A stretch of 64,000 bases of DNA from Nitrospira sp. (GTDB taxonomy: Bacteria; Nitrospirota; Nitrospiria; Nitrospirales; Nitrospiraceae): NCBI GenBank assembly GCA_047150005.1, contig AP038806.1, positions 224,001 to 288,000 of the forward strand. The letters are read 5' to 3'. The position numbers and the translations under genes are program-made. The notes below the pieces were generated by a model, which saw nothing but the letters and a program-made list of their open reading frames with translations, made no database searches and had not been told where the DNA came from. Position 1 is the first letter of the stretch; each line of letters starts with the position of its first letter. Positions 9,594 through 20,542 of this stretch are shown piece by piece.

Positions 9594-10763
9594 CTACGGC
9601 CGTCTCATGGTGAACCAGAATGCCGCCGCCGCCGCGAGCTGCACCCCGGCGATCACGGCGAAGGCGCCGGCATAGCTCGTCCCGGCGATCAAAATACCGG
9701 CCAGTAGCGGCCCGCTCGCGTGTCCGATGTCCATGATCGTGCCCTGCATGCCCATCCCCGCTCCCAGCGTCTTGAATTCCGAGCTGTCCGCCACGAGCGC
9801 GGAGGACGACGACGAGACGACCGCTTCGCCGAACCCGAAACCGGCGGACAGGACCAGGAGCAGCGGAAACATGGACACGTGCGGGATGCAGATGAACGTG
9901 CCGGCGCAGATCATCAATCCCAGCACGATGAGCGGCTGCCGTCCGACGCGGTCGGACACCCTTCCCATGATCGGCTTGGAGAAGAACGAGGTGAACGCCT
10001 GCACACTGAAAAGGAGGCCGACGTCTCCGGCATTCAATCCCACCGACAGCCCATACAGCGGCAAGAATGCCATCAAGGCGCCGTTGGCGATCATCTTGGC
10101 TGCGTCGGTGGAACTGGTGATCAGCACCTTCTTGTTCTTCGCGACCACCGTAAAGCCATTCCACATTTCGGCGGTGATCGCGGAAAATCCCTTCCCTTGC
10201 ATGCGTGGCGGCGCCACGTTCAGCCGCAGGCTGTAGAACAGGACGATCGCGACGCATCCAAACACGCCGGCAGTCATAAACGCCGCGGGGAATCCTGCCG
10301 CGTAGACCAGATAGCCTCCGATGAAGGGGCCGAGCAGGGCACCGGACTGCGTGCAGGCCGTGTAGGTGCCGAGCGCGGCCCCGCGACGCTCCCGGTAGAG
10401 TTCGGCGACGGTCGCCAACGCGCTCGGCGCAAAGATCGCCGTCGCAAGGCCGTGCACGAACCGCAGAGCCGTCAGGGCGTTCAGATCCGTGATGAACGGG
10501 TACACGAACGGAGGAAGGCCGAAGGCCACGACGCCGATCCGGAGCAGCATCGTCCGGCCGTACATGTCGGACAGCGCGCCGGACGGCAGTTTGAGCAGCA
10601 CCCCCGTCAAGGTCGACACCGACACGATCAGTCCGATCCGCTCGGGCCCGGCACCGAGCGATTCGGCGAACAGGGCCAACACCGGCATGCGCACCATGTT
10701 ATAGCTGATAAAACAGAGCACGCCGACCGTACAGATCAGGACGAAGCTGCGCGCGGAGGTCAT
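9594..10763 (-). CDS. MFS transporter
   Basis: GALSDMYGR and GRVSDRVGR motif A, about 12 TM. Confidence 0.92.
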   Translation of the reverse strand: MTSARSFVLICTVGVLCFISYNMVRMPVLALFAESLGAGPERIGLIVSVSTLTGVLLKLPSGALSDMYGRTMLLRIGVVAFGLPPFVYPFITDLNALTALRFVHGLATAIFAPSALATVAELYRERRGAALGTYTACTQSGALLGPFIGGYLVYAAGFPAAFMTAGVFGCVAIVLFYSLRLNVAPPRMQGKGFSAITAEMWNGFTVVAKNKKVLITSSTDAAKMIANGALMAFLPLYGLSVGLNAGDVGLLFSVQAFTSFFSKPIMGRVSDRVGRQPLIVLGLMICAGTFICIPHVSMFPLLLVLSAGFGFGEAVVSSSSSALVADSSEFKTLGAGMGMQGTIMDIGHASGPLLAGILIAGTSYAGAFAVIAGVQLAAAAAFWFTMRRP

Positions 10764-11569
10764 GGGGCGATCCCGCCATGCGGACGAGCAGGCGCCGGCG
10801 CCTGCTCCGGAGCGGCCAGGGCCCGTTGCAGGAAGGCGATGTCGGCGGCGTCCAAGGCCGGAGGATCCATGGCTTCGAACAGGACTCGATCCGGATGCCG
10901 GCGCATTTCGAGCCCGAGGCGATTGACGGCCTCCAGCCCCTTCACCAACTTCTGCTCCACCGTACCGCCGATGAACGGCCGCAGGAGCGACAACAGCCCG
11001 GAGACGAAGCGGTTGTCCACCTTCATGTAGGACACCAACGTCGTGTCCATCGATTCAGCTCCCTCAGGCTCCCGCACGACTTTCGTTCTCAGGAGCACCA
11101 CGGCCTTGCCCGTCAGGCTCGGCAACAGGCGGCTGTGGTGGGTTCCTTCGAGATAATAGATCCGCGACGCGTGGTCGTGATAGATGAGGTGGACCATGCC
11201 TTGAGTCCCCTCCCCGTCATCGCCCCAGTACAGGCCGGGCCCGCGAATTTCCGCCTTGTAGATGCCCAGATCCAGCCGATTGATCAACGCCGCCGCCGTC
11301 GGCGGGCGATCCAGCAGATACGTGTAGAGCGCTTCCGTCAGCGCCGTCCGCACGGGACCGATCTTGTTGGCCGTCGTATAGTCGCCGATGACCGGCTGCA
11401 GCCGGCAGGTCCAGTCGGCACCGACCTTGTCGACGGGAAAGGTCAATCCCGCGTGCTCGGCCGGCAACGAGCAGGTTTCCGAGCGGGCATGCGCGGCCAG
11501 CCAGCACACCACCGTGCCGATCACGACCGCGGCAAGCAGCGGCGCCGCGCCGGGCGGTATGGAGATCAT
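10760..11569 (-). CDS. secreted/anchored hypothetical protein
   Basis: Signal-like N-terminus; 4-nt overlaps with both neighbours. Confidence 0.7.
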   Translation of the reverse strand: MISIPPGAAPLLAAVVIGTVVCWLAAHARSETCSLPAEHAGLTFPVDKVGADWTCRLQPVIGDYTTANKIGPVRTALTEALYTYLLDRPPTAAALINRLDLGIYKAEIRGPGLYWGDDGEGTQGMVHLIYHDHASRIYYLEGTHHSRLLPSLTGKAVVLLRTKVVREPEGAESMDTTLVSYMKVDNRFVSGLLSLLRPFIGGTVEQKLVKGLEAVNRLGLEMRRHPDRVLFEAMDPPALDAADIAFLQRALAAPEQAPAPARPHGGIAP

Positions 11570-12858
11570 GGCGTCTGCGTCGAAATGGTCAGGTGGATGG
11601 AGAAGAGTTGCCGCGGGTCGTCGCGCAGACGCATCTGCCGGAGCAGGTGCTCCACCGAGGGAGTCACGAGTCCCTCGAACGACACTTTGCCGTTGGTCGA
11701 GACCGTGAGCGGCTTCGAGACATCGATCATGCCTTCGTTGAGAAACAGGCTGTAGCGCCGCACCCGTTCCGTCGTCACCTCGATGCGATCCGGCGCGACG
11801 ATGGTCGCGTCCAGCTTGGCATACTCCCGCCGACGAATGGCTTCGTCACGTTTGCTGACCAGATCGTCGGCGAAGGCGGCGATGGGATCGGTGGCGTCGA
11901 TCCGCACCCAATCGAACGGCTGAAAGTGGCTGGCCTCGCGCACCACCGTCAGCCTCGCGGGCAGCGGATCACGGCGCTGGCGATTGAGCCACGCCGACAG
12001 TTCCGGCAGTTCCTCGCGCGGAAAGTAGTGGCCGCCGGCCACCGGATGCTCGCCCTGATGTTCCCGATACACGTGCGGATAACCCAACGCCGTCAGCTCA
12101 CGCGAGATGGACCGGCTCAGCTCCACCGGCATGACCTGATCCTTTTCGCCGTGGATCATGTACACGGGAGTGTTGCGGAGATTCGCCAGAAACGGCATCA
12201 GGACCTGATCCAGCCCACTCGCCATCGGCGCGATACCGGCGAAGAGCGGCGCCTGGTGCATCCCGATCAGCCAGGTGCCGATGCCGCCGTTTGACATGCC
12301 GGTGAGGAAAATGCGATCCGGATCGACATGGTAGCGACGCCGCACCTGCTTGATGGACGCGAGAACGAGCGCCTCGGCGCGTTTGGTAAACCAGGCACCG
12401 CCCGGATACGTCGGACAGGCCAGCAGATATTCATCCTCCAAACGAACCCGCCATCGCTCAAGATAGGCCTCGCCGGTAAACCCCGCGCCGTGCAGACACA
12501 CCACCAACGCATAGCCCTTGGACGGTTGATACGTGAGCGGGATGGACAGCGCGAGTTGGTACGATCGGCCGTCGACGACGACCTGCTCGTCAGGCAGGGT
12601 GCCGATGGGCTGCGACGAGTACGGATATTCCGTTTGGACGATCTGCGTGACAGTCTCAATCGACGCGTCCGGGTGGGCCACGATCGTCCGCAGCAGCCGC
12701 TCCGCTTCGTCGGTGTCCTGGGAGTCCAGATATCGGAAGATCAGCGGGGCGAGCGTGTCGGCATCCGCGGCTTGGGACGCCGGCTCACTCCGCAGGCCAA
12801 GGGCGGTGAGCAAGCTGAAGGCGGTGAAAAAGGTCAGCGCGGGCATCCACCGGATCAC
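11566..12858 (-). CDS. secreted alpha/beta-hydrolase (esterase/peptidase-like)
   Basis: LVVCLHGAG, DPDRIFLTGMSNGG (GxSxG), IHGEKDQVMP, GGH. Confidence 0.8.
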   Translation of the reverse strand: MIRWMPALTFFTAFSLLTALGLRSEPASQAADADTLAPLIFRYLDSQDTDEAERLLRTIVAHPDASIETVTQIVQTEYPYSSQPIGTLPDEQVVVDGRSYQLALSIPLTYQPSKGYALVVCLHGAGFTGEAYLERWRVRLEDEYLLACPTYPGGAWFTKRAEALVLASIKQVRRRYHVDPDRIFLTGMSNGGIGTWLIGMHQAPLFAGIAPMASGLDQVLMPFLANLRNTPVYMIHGEKDQVMPVELSRSISRELTALGYPHVYREHQGEHPVAGGHYFPREELPELSAWLNRQRRDPLPARLTVVREASHFQPFDWVRIDATDPIAAFADDLVSKRDEAIRRREYAKLDATIVAPDRIEVTTERVRRYSLFLNEGMIDVSKPLTVSTNGKVSFEGLVTPSVEHLLRQMRLRDDPRQLFSIHLTISTQTP

Positions 12859-13976
12859 AACTCTCCTTCGACCAGAAAGTCATTGCCCAAGGATCGGACC
12901 TTCATGTCGCGCAATTCCGCCGCCGATACGAGCCGTGCCGGTCCTTGCCCTCCGATGAGCCCTTTGGCGTCGGCGCCGCCCAGCAACAACGGCGCGACAT
13001 ACAAGCATACATGATCGATGAGCTTCCCGCGAAGCAGCGCCGCATTGATCTCGCCGCCGCCTTCGACGAGCACCGACGTGATTCCGCGATGGCCCAGAGT
13101 TTTCAGCAGCGAGGGCAACGACACCCGTTTCTCAGCCGACGGCAGGATGAGTGTTTCGATTCCGAGTTGCTCGAGCGCGCGGCGACGGGACGCCGACGCG
13201 GCCGCCGTCGTCGCCACAAGGGTCTTGGCGGTCTCTTGCTCCGCAAGCACGTGCGCGCCCGGGGGCACCCGGAGGGTGCTGTCGACCACGATGCGCAGCG
13301 GCTGCCTATCGGCAGGTGTCGCCAGGCGTGAGCCGATCCTGGCGATCAACGACGGATCGTCCTTCAGCACCGTGCCCACGCCCACCAGCACGGCATCGAC
13401 CTGCGCGCGCAGCCGGTGCGCGTCTCTGCGAGACGGCAGGCCGGTGATCCATCGTGATCGGCCTGTCGCCGTCGCAATCTGTCCGTCCAGGGTCATCCCC
13501 GCCTTCAAAATGACATAGGGCCGCTTCCTTGTGACCCAGTGACGGTAGGTCCGATTGAGGGCTTCGGCCTCGCGCTCCTTCACGCCGACGGTCACCGGAA
13601 GACCGGCCCGCCGGAGCGCCGCAATGCCTTTGCCGTTGACCAGCGGATTCGGATCGGTCATCGCGACGATCACCCGCCGCAGATCGGAGTCCAGCACCGC
13701 CGGCACGCAGGGCGGCGTGCGTTTCTTGGTATGGCAACAGGGTTCCAGGGTGATGTAAAGGTCGGCCCCTTCGGACAAGGGTCCCGCCTCGAGGAGAGCC
13801 AAAATTTCTGCGTGCGGCAAGCCGGGACGGAGATGAAACCCGCGGCCCACGATGCGCCCGTGCCTGACGACCACCGCCCCGGCCATCGGGTTGGGGCTGG
13901 TCGTTCCCCGGCCCTTCTCCGCCAGGCGAAGCGCCAGGGACATGTATCGGTCGTCGTCTGCGGAATCAGCTCGCAT
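12855..13976 (-). CDS. ribD: bifunctional pyrimidine deaminase/reductase of riboflavin synthesis
   Basis: SPNP, HAE, LEPCCH...PPC, TLDGQIA, VLVEGG. Confidence 0.97.
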   Translation of the reverse strand: MRADSADDDRYMSLALRLAEKGRGTTSPNPMAGAVVVRHGRIVGRGFHLRPGLPHAEILALLEAGPLSEGADLYITLEPCCHTKKRTPPCVPAVLDSDLRRVIVAMTDPNPLVNGKGIAALRRAGLPVTVGVKEREAEALNRTYRHWVTRKRPYVILKAGMTLDGQIATATGRSRWITGLPSRRDAHRLRAQVDAVLVGVGTVLKDDPSLIARIGSRLATPADRQPLRIVVDSTLRVPPGAHVLAEQETAKTLVATTAAASASRRRALEQLGIETLILPSAEKRVSLPSLLKTLGHRGITSVLVEGGGEINAALLRGKLIDHVCLYVAPLLLGGADAKGLIGGQGPARLVSAAELRDMKVRSLGNDFLVEGEL

Positions 13977-14033
13977 GGTTCACGAAGATACGCACGTCAA
14001 TCGTGAAGTCCCTCTGCTCAACCATGCAGCCGG

Positions 14034-16835
14034 TCACCGCTTCTTCTTGCGAGCCGCGGGCGAACGGCGCGCGGATCGCGCCGCGGGCTTCGGCTTCGAG
14101 ATCGAGGAAGCCGAAGATCTGGCGGCTTTCTTGGCATCGGCCTCGGCCAACGCGGCGTGCGCCGCGGCGAGCCGGGCGATCGGCACCCGATAGGGCGAGC
14201 AACTGACATAATCCAGGCCCAGCTCGTGGCAGAACTCGACGGAGCTCGGATCTCCTCCGTGTTCTCCGCAGATGCCTAACTTGATCGCGGGACGGGTCTT
14301 CCGGCCGGCTGAGATCGCCTGCTTCATCAGCGCGCCGACGCCCACCCGATCGAGAACCGCGAATGGATCGGCCTCCATGATATTGACGGTCTTGTAGTGG
14401 TCGATGATTTTCGCGGCATCGTCGCGCGAGAACCCGAACGTGGTCTGCGTCAAGTCATTCGTCCCGAAGGAGAAGAATTCCGCCTCTTCGGCGATGCGGT
14501 CGGCCGTCACCGCGGCGCGCGGCAACTCGATCATGGTGCCGACGAAATAGGAGAGCTTGACGTTGTACCGCTTCATGGTCTCCTGCGCGACTTCACGGAC
14601 CAGGTCTTTTTGGGACTTCATTTCCGAGACCATACCGACCAGCGGAATCATGATCTCTGGCACGATCTTCTTGCCTTCCTTCGCCAGCTCGCAGGCGGCT
14701 TCCATGATGGCTCTGGCCTGCATCCGCGTGATCTCGGGCATGGTGATACCCAACCGGCAACCACGGAGCCCGAGCATGGGATTGAATTCGTGCAGTTCTT
14801 CGACGCGGGCGAGCAGCCGGCGCTTTTCCTCGAGCTTGGCGGCATCGCCTCCGGTCAATTCCAGTTGCGCGATCTCCACCATCAGCTCTTCCCGCTTCGG
14901 CAGAAACTCATGCAGCGGAGGATCGAGGAGCCGAATGGTCACCGGAAATCCCTGCATCTCCCGATACAGGCCGATGAAGTCCTGTTTCTGCAGCGGCAGG
15001 AGCTGATCGAGAAACTTTTCCCGCTCTTCCTTCGTTCGGGCCAGGATCATCTTCTGCATGATGGGGATGCGGTCTTCCGCGAAAAACATGTGCTCCGTGC
15101 GGCATAAGCCGATGCCCTCGGCGCCGAATCCCCGCGCGATATTGGCCTGCTCCGGCACGTCGGCATTGGCCCGCACGTGCAGCGTCCGGAAGCTGTCGGC
15201 CCAGGAGAGGATCGTGGCGAACCGCTGGAACTTGTCCGACTTTCTCGGATCGACCTTGCCTTGAATGACTTGGATAATCTCCGACTCGACGACGGGAATA
15301 TCGCCTTCGTACACGTTGCCGGTGGATCCATTGATCGACAAATAATCGCCCTCGCGAAACGTCTTGGCGCCGATCTTCACCGTTTGCGCGTCCAGGACCT
15401 CCACCGATTCGCACCCGGCCACGCAGACCTTGCCCATCTGGCGCGCGACGACGGCCGCATGAGAGGTCATCCCGCCGCGGGCGGTCAGAAACCCCGCCGC
15501 CGCATTCATCCCGTGGATATCGTCGGGGCTCGTCTCCTGCCGGACCAGCACCACGCGGTGACCAGCCGCCTTCATGTCCACCGCCCGATCGGGCGTCAGC
15601 GCGATCTTGCCCGCGGCCGCACCGGGCCCGGCCGGCAATCCCTTGCCGAGCGGATTGGCCTTGGATTCCTCCTTGGTATCGAAAATCGGATAGAGATATT
15701 GCGCGAGCTGGTCCGGCCCGATCCGCTGAACCGCTTCCTGCCTGGTGATGGCCCCTTCCTTGACCATGTCCACGGCGATCTTGACGGCCGCGATCCCGGT
15801 GCGTTTGCCGACGCGGGTCTGCAGCATGTAGAGCTTGCCTTCCTGGATCGTGAACTCCAGGTCCAGCATGTCGCGATAGTGTTTCTCGAGTTTCTTGTAG
15901 GTGTGTTCGAGTTCCTTGTAGGCGTCCGGCACGTTCTTCGCGAGCGCGTTCACGGGCAGCGGCGTGCGGATTCCCGCTACCACATCTTCGCCCTGCGCGT
16001 TCATCAGACACTCGCCGAAGAACGTTTTCTCGCCTGAACTCGGGCTGCGGGTGAACGCGACGCCGGTGCCGCTCGTTTCACCCATGTTGCCGAATACCAT
16101 AGCCACGACGTTCACCGCCGTCCCCCATGAATCGGGGATGCCGTAGAGCCGGCGGTACGTGATCGCCCGCGCGCCGAACCAGGAGGAGAAGACGGCGTTA
16201 ATCGCCATGCGTAGTTGATCGAGCGGTTCGTCCGGAAAGTCCTTCTTGGTTTCCTCTTTGACCAGTTCCTTGAAGCTCGCGACCAGCTCGCGGAGATGTC
16301 TGGCGTCAAGGTGCGTTTCATGGGTGACGCCGACTTCGGTCTTCTTGTGCTTGAGGATGGCTTCGAAGTGCTCGCGCGGCACGCCCATGACGATGCTGCC
16401 GAACATCGAGACGAACCGGCGGTAGCTGTCCTGGGCGAACCGGTCGTTGCGGGTCTTGGCCGCCAACCCTTCGACGGTCTTGGTGGTCAATCCGACGTTC
16501 AGGACCGTATCCATCATCCCGGGCATGGACGCGCGCGCGCCGGACCGCACCGACACGAGCAGCGGCCGCTCGGGATTGCCGAATCCCATGCCCATGGACC
16601 GCTCGACACGCTTCAGGGACTGCAAGGCGGCATCCCACATGCCGGGCGGATATTTCTTCCCCAGCTTGTAATACTCGACGCAGGCCTCGGTCGAAATCGT
16701 AAACCCGGGCGGGACCGAGATGCCGAGATTGGTCATCTCCGCCAATCCCGCGCCCTTTCCGCCGAGCAGCTCTTTCATGTTCGACGTGCCCTCGGCTCTG
16801 CCGTCCCCGAAGTAATAAACGTATTTCTTTGCCAC
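14034..16835 (-). CDS. ppdK: pyruvate, phosphate dikinase
   Basis: LLGGKGAGLAEM, GGMTSHAAVVAR, GIGLCRTEHMF, FGTNDLTQ, GICGEHGG; GTG start after AAGGAG. Confidence 0.97.
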   Translation of the reverse strand: MAKKYVYYFGDGRAEGTSNMKELLGGKGAGLAEMTNLGISVPPGFTISTEACVEYYKLGKKYPPGMWDAALQSLKRVERSMGMGFGNPERPLLVSVRSGARASMPGMMDTVLNVGLTTKTVEGLAAKTRNDRFAQDSYRRFVSMFGSIVMGVPREHFEAILKHKKTEVGVTHETHLDARHLRELVASFKELVKEETKKDFPDEPLDQLRMAINAVFSSWFGARAITYRRLYGIPDSWGTAVNVVAMVFGNMGETSGTGVAFTRSPSSGEKTFFGECLMNAQGEDVVAGIRTPLPVNALAKNVPDAYKELEHTYKKLEKHYRDMLDLEFTIQEGKLYMLQTRVGKRTGIAAVKIAVDMVKEGAITRQEAVQRIGPDQLAQYLYPIFDTKEESKANPLGKGLPAGPGAAAGKIALTPDRAVDMKAAGHRVVLVRQETSPDDIHGMNAAAGFLTARGGMTSHAAVVARQMGKVCVAGCESVEVLDAQTVKIGAKTFREGDYLSINGSTGNVYEGDIPVVESEIIQVIQGKVDPRKSDKFQRFATILSWADSFRTLHVRANADVPEQANIARGFGAEGIGLCRTEHMFFAEDRIPIMQKMILARTKEEREKFLDQLLPLQKQDFIGLYREMQGFPVTIRLLDPPLHEFLPKREELMVEIAQLELTGGDAAKLEEKRRLLARVEELHEFNPMLGLRGCRLGITMPEITRMQARAIMEAACELAKEGKKIVPEIMIPLVGMVSEMKSQKDLVREVAQETMKRYNVKLSYFVGTMIELPRAAVTADRIAEEAEFFSFGTNDLTQTTFGFSRDDAAKIIDHYKTVNIMEADPFAVLDRVGVGALMKQAISAGRKTRPAIKLGICGEHGGDPSSVEFCHELGLDYVSCSPYRVPIARLAAAHAALAEADAKKAARSSASSISKPKPAARSARRSPAARKKKR

Positions 16836-16873
16836 GGGTGCCCTCTCCTTCCGCTCCACGACCAGTGGAGAAT

Positions 16874-17368
16874 TCATGAACTGCGCGGTGCGGCCATCTC
16901 CAGTTGAAGCCGATAGCGGCTCACAAGATAGCGCCTCACCCACAGGCCGAACAAGAGTACGGCCCCGACGAACATCGCGAGCGCCAGCAGCCGAAAATCA
17001 GGCCGGATGCCTTGATCGAAATAGTACCGTCCGTCCGGCCCCTGCCGAACTTTGATGTCGCTCGCCAAACGGTGCGGCGCCCCGGAAGGGTCGCCCAGAT
17101 TGATCCATTCGGAGCACAGACGTACCGGTTCCGGCGCGCCGGCCACCCGCTCCCACGTCAACCGCAGACAGACGTCCTTGGCCGCGTTGAAGAGATCGGG
17201 AGTCTTCACCAACTCGTCGAGATTCACGCCGCTGACCCAGACCCCGAACAGCAGAATGCCGTTGCACAAAACGATCATGCCGAGCGTGACGAGCGTCGCA
17301 TACCGCCGCACCTTCGCCACGCGCGAATCCCGAGACGCAGGCTCAGCTGTGGGGTACGGTCGTTCCAT
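16874..17368 (-). CDS. two-TM membrane hypothetical protein
   Basis: Two TM segments flanking a loop with two Cys; GAGG SD; in glyQS-ppdK run. Confidence 0.7.
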   Translation of the reverse strand: MERPYPTAEPASRDSRVAKVRRYATLVTLGMIVLCNGILLFGVWVSGVNLDELVKTPDLFNAAKDVCLRLTWERVAGAPEPVRLCSEWINLGDPSGAPHRLASDIKVRQGPDGRYYFDQGIRPDFRLLALAMFVGAVLLFGLWVRRYLVSRYRLQLEMAAPRSS

Positions 17369-17395
17369 CCCCCTCCCTCAGAACCACGGGCGGGT

Positions 17396-19567
17396 CTATC
17401 CACCTTGTACCATAATACGCGAAAAGTCTGCGAACGACTTGAAAAAGTCATCGACCGTTTTCAACAGCGACAGACGATTGCCGCGGATCGCGGGATCGTC
17501 GACGTTGACCATGACCCCGGCGAAAAACGCGTCGATGACCGGCTTCAGCCGCACCAGGTGACCCAGCGCCCGGTCGTATCGTCCTTGTGCCATTTCGGCT
17601 TCGAAATCCTTTCGGCACGCGTCCGCCTGCCGGTGCAGCTCTGTCTCGGCCGGATGGTTGAACAGCGCCGGATTGACCGGCTCCCTGTTCCACTGCTCTT
17701 TTTCGACGATCCGGGAAGCGCGCTTGAAGCCGACGATGAGCGGGTCGAACTCCGGTTCGAGCGTGACGGCTTGAAGCGCCTGCATCCTCTGGAGAAGATC
17801 CGGCAAGTCGAGCACGGCCCCGGGTACCGTCCGCAGCACCGCGTCCATGACGTCGTCGCGCACGCGATGCACGGTGCGGCCGTAGTGGCGCACCCGTTCG
17901 AACAGAAAGTCGGTGATCCGGCGCAGGCCCTGCTGTTCGGATTCCGCCGCACCTTTGAAGCCTTCCGCGACGACAAGGGCCCGAGCCTGTTCGATGGAAC
18001 GATGCACATCAAACCGGAGGCCGCCCTCCAGGACGATGCGCACGATCGCCGTCGCATGCCGGCGCAGCGCAAATGGGTCTTCCGAGCCGGTCGGCACGAG
18101 ACCCACGTGAAAAAACGCGGCGATCGAATCGAGCCGGTCGGCCATCGACAGCAGCCGGCCGGGCAGCGAGCGCGGCAGTTCCCCTTCGAGCGCCTTGGGC
18201 AAGTATTGTTCACGGACCGCCTGCACCACCGCGGCCGGCTCCCCGTCGTGACGCGCATATTCTCCGCCCATGATCCCCTGCAGCTCGGGAAACTCGCCGA
18301 CGATGCCCGTCAGGAGATCGGCCTTGCACAAGGCGCCGGCCCGACCGCAGATCCGCGCCAACTCGGCATCGCCGGGGACGGTTTGCCCGGCGAGAAATTC
18401 CGCCAGTTTTCTGACCCGCTCCTGCTTCTGCCCCATCGTTCCCAGTTTTTGATGGAACGTCACGCCTCCCAGCTTCGCCACACGCGCCTCGAGCGTCGTC
18501 TTGCGGTCTTCGTCGAAAAAGAACTTTGCGTCGGCCAGCCGGGCGGCCAGCACGCGCTCGTTGCCGGCGCGGATCAACGACAAGTCCTTGAGCTGGGTGT
18601 TGGCCACGGCGATGAAATGCGGAGCAAGAGCGCCCGTTTCCGTATTCCTGACCGAAAAGAACCCCTGGTGTTCTTTCATCGACGTCATGAGAATGTCGGA
18701 CGGTACGGCGAGATAATCCGGTTTGAAACCGCCGATCAAGGCCTGCGGCCATTCGGTGGTGAACACCGCTTGGTCGAGCAGCGACTCATCGGCGTGCAGC
18801 GCGAGATGAGCCGTCGCACACAGCCGATCCAGTTGCGATTGAACCAGGGCTCTTCTCCGCTCGGGATCGACCAGGACCCCGCCCCGCTCCAGCGCTGTTT
18901 CATACGACCTGGCGTCGCGCACCGTGATGGGGCGATGGCCCGTCTTCACCCGATGGCCGTAGGTTCGGTTCCCGGCCGTGAGGCCTGCGGTCTGAATCGG
19001 CACGACCGCGCCGGCGAAGACCGCCAAGATCCAGCGCACCGGTCGCGCGAACCGAACGCCGCTCTCATTCCATTTCATGGCCTTCGGAAACGCCAGGCCT
19101 CCGACCAGTTGCGGCAGCAGCTCCTGCAAGACCGCCTTGGCGGGACGCCCGGCATCCTGCTTGACCGCAAACAGATATTCGCCTTTGGGTGTGGAACGGA
19201 TCTGCAGCGATTCGACCGCCACGCCTTGACCGGCTGCGAAGCCCACGGCCGCTTTGGTCGGCTGCCCGCCGGCGTCGAAGGCCACCGCCTTCGACGGCCC
19301 CATGGTCTCCTTGACCACCGAGGCCTGCCGAAGCGCCAACTCATCAACGATGACCACCAGCCGTCGCGGCGTCCCGTAGCTGCGAAGGGCGCCATAGGAG
19401 AGGCGGGCCTCGGTCAGGAGCAGCGCCGCCCGTTCTTTCAGCGACGCGAGGGCCGGGACGATGAATTGATAGGGCAGCTCTTCGGTGCCGATTTCCAGAA
19501 GCAGCTCGCCGCCGGAGTGGCGAGCCGGCGGTTTAGAGGCTGGTGTGCGTGCGGCGTGTTTTTTCAT
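17396..19567 (-). CDS. glyS: glycine--tRNA ligase beta subunit
   Basis: LLLEIGTEELP, TPRRL, FARPVRW, EFPELQG, DPFALRR; alternative GTG start 19591. Confidence 0.97.
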   Translation of the reverse strand: MKKHAARTPASKPPARHSGGELLLEIGTEELPYQFIVPALASLKERAALLLTEARLSYGALRSYGTPRRLVVIVDELALRQASVVKETMGPSKAVAFDAGGQPTKAAVGFAAGQGVAVESLQIRSTPKGEYLFAVKQDAGRPAKAVLQELLPQLVGGLAFPKAMKWNESGVRFARPVRWILAVFAGAVVPIQTAGLTAGNRTYGHRVKTGHRPITVRDARSYETALERGGVLVDPERRRALVQSQLDRLCATAHLALHADESLLDQAVFTTEWPQALIGGFKPDYLAVPSDILMTSMKEHQGFFSVRNTETGALAPHFIAVANTQLKDLSLIRAGNERVLAARLADAKFFFDEDRKTTLEARVAKLGGVTFHQKLGTMGQKQERVRKLAEFLAGQTVPGDAELARICGRAGALCKADLLTGIVGEFPELQGIMGGEYARHDGEPAAVVQAVREQYLPKALEGELPRSLPGRLLSMADRLDSIAAFFHVGLVPTGSEDPFALRRHATAIVRIVLEGGLRFDVHRSIEQARALVVAEGFKGAAESEQQGLRRITDFLFERVRHYGRTVHRVRDDVMDAVLRTVPGAVLDLPDLLQRMQALQAVTLEPEFDPLIVGFKRASRIVEKEQWNREPVNPALFNHPAETELHRQADACRKDFEAEMAQGRYDRALGHLVRLKPVIDAFFAGVMVNVDDPAIRGNRLSLLKTVDDFFKSFADFSRIMVQGG

Positions 19568-19577
19568 CAGCCGTGAC

Positions 19578-20489
19578 TTACTTGCGACCACGGGCGCCGA
19601 CCGTCTTCGCCCGGCGCTCGATGAGCGGATGGCCCATGGCGGCCCGCTCCTCTATATACCGCTCGGCGCACTGCCTGGCCAGCGCGCGGACCCGCCCGAT
19701 GTAGCCCGTCCGTTCCGCCACGCTGATCGCCCCGCGCGCGTCGAGCACGTTGAACACATGGGAGGACTTGATGCAGTAGTCGTAGGCGGGAAGCGCGAGC
19801 CGCCGGTCCGTGCGGCCGAGCAACCGCTTGCACTCCGCTTCGTACGCCCGGAACGCGTCCATCAACATCGTCACATCGCCTTCTTCGAAGTTATAGCGCG
19901 AGAACTGCACCTCGGATTCATGGTGAATGTCGCCGTATCGAATCTGGTCGGTCCACGCGAGATCGTAGACATTGTTCACTTGCTGCAAATACATGGCGAT
20001 GCGTTCGGTGCCGTACGTGATTTCACCCGTGATCGGACTGAGCTCGATGCCGCCGATTTCCTGGAAATAGGTGAACTGCGTGATCTCCATGCCGTCCAGC
20101 CGGACTTCCCAGCCGAGCCCCCAGGCTCCCAGCGTCGGCGATTCCCAATCGTCCTGGATGAATCGGATGTCGTGCTGTTTCGGATTGATCCCGAGGCGGG
20201 CCAGGCTCTCCAGATAGAGGTCCTGGATATTGTCCGGCGACGGTTTGAGCACGACTTGATACTGGTAGTAATGCTGCAGGCGATTAGGATTCTCTCCGTA
20301 TCGGCCGTCGGTGGGACGCCGGCATGGCTGCGCATAGGCCGCCTGCCAGGGTTCCGGACCGAGGGCACGCAGAAACGTGGCCGGATGGAACGTACCGGCA
20401 CCCATCTCCAGATCATACGGCTGATGAATGACGCAGCCTTGATCGGCCCAAAACCGGTGCAATGTGAGGATGAGATTCTGGAAGGTCAC
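19578..20489 (-). CDS. glyQ: glycine--tRNA ligase alpha subunit
   Basis: [42 protein letters not shown]. Confidence 0.98.
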   Translation of the reverse strand: MTFQNLILTLHRFWADQGCVIHQPYDLEMGAGTFHPATFLRALGPEPWQAAYAQPCRRPTDGRYGENPNRLQHYYQYQVVLKPSPDNIQDLYLESLARLGINPKQHDIRFIQDDWESPTLGAWGLGWEVRLDGMEITQFTYFQEIGGIELSPITGEITYGTERIAMYLQQVNNVYDLAWTDQIRYGDIHHESEVQFSRYNFEEGDVTMLMDAFRAYEAECKRLLGRTDRRLALPAYDYCIKSSHVFNVLDARGAISVAERTGYIGRVRALARQCAERYIEERAAMGHPLIERRAKTVGARGRK

Positions 20490-20542
20490 GAAGAGTCACG
20501 TCCCGATGCCGATAACCGATTTTCTTGACGCTACGCGTGTGG

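Noticed and set aside
13977..14033. FMN riboswitch before ribD, and T-box before glyQS (20490-20748)
   Set aside because: Region before ribD is too short and conserved riboswitch or T-box motifs are not seen
16904..19576. 890-aa plus-strand ORF and other long antisense ORFs (e.g. 2511-4634, 22749-24314, 37094-38848)
   Set aside because: Shadow frames opposite well-supported genes in GC-rich DNA; no motifs
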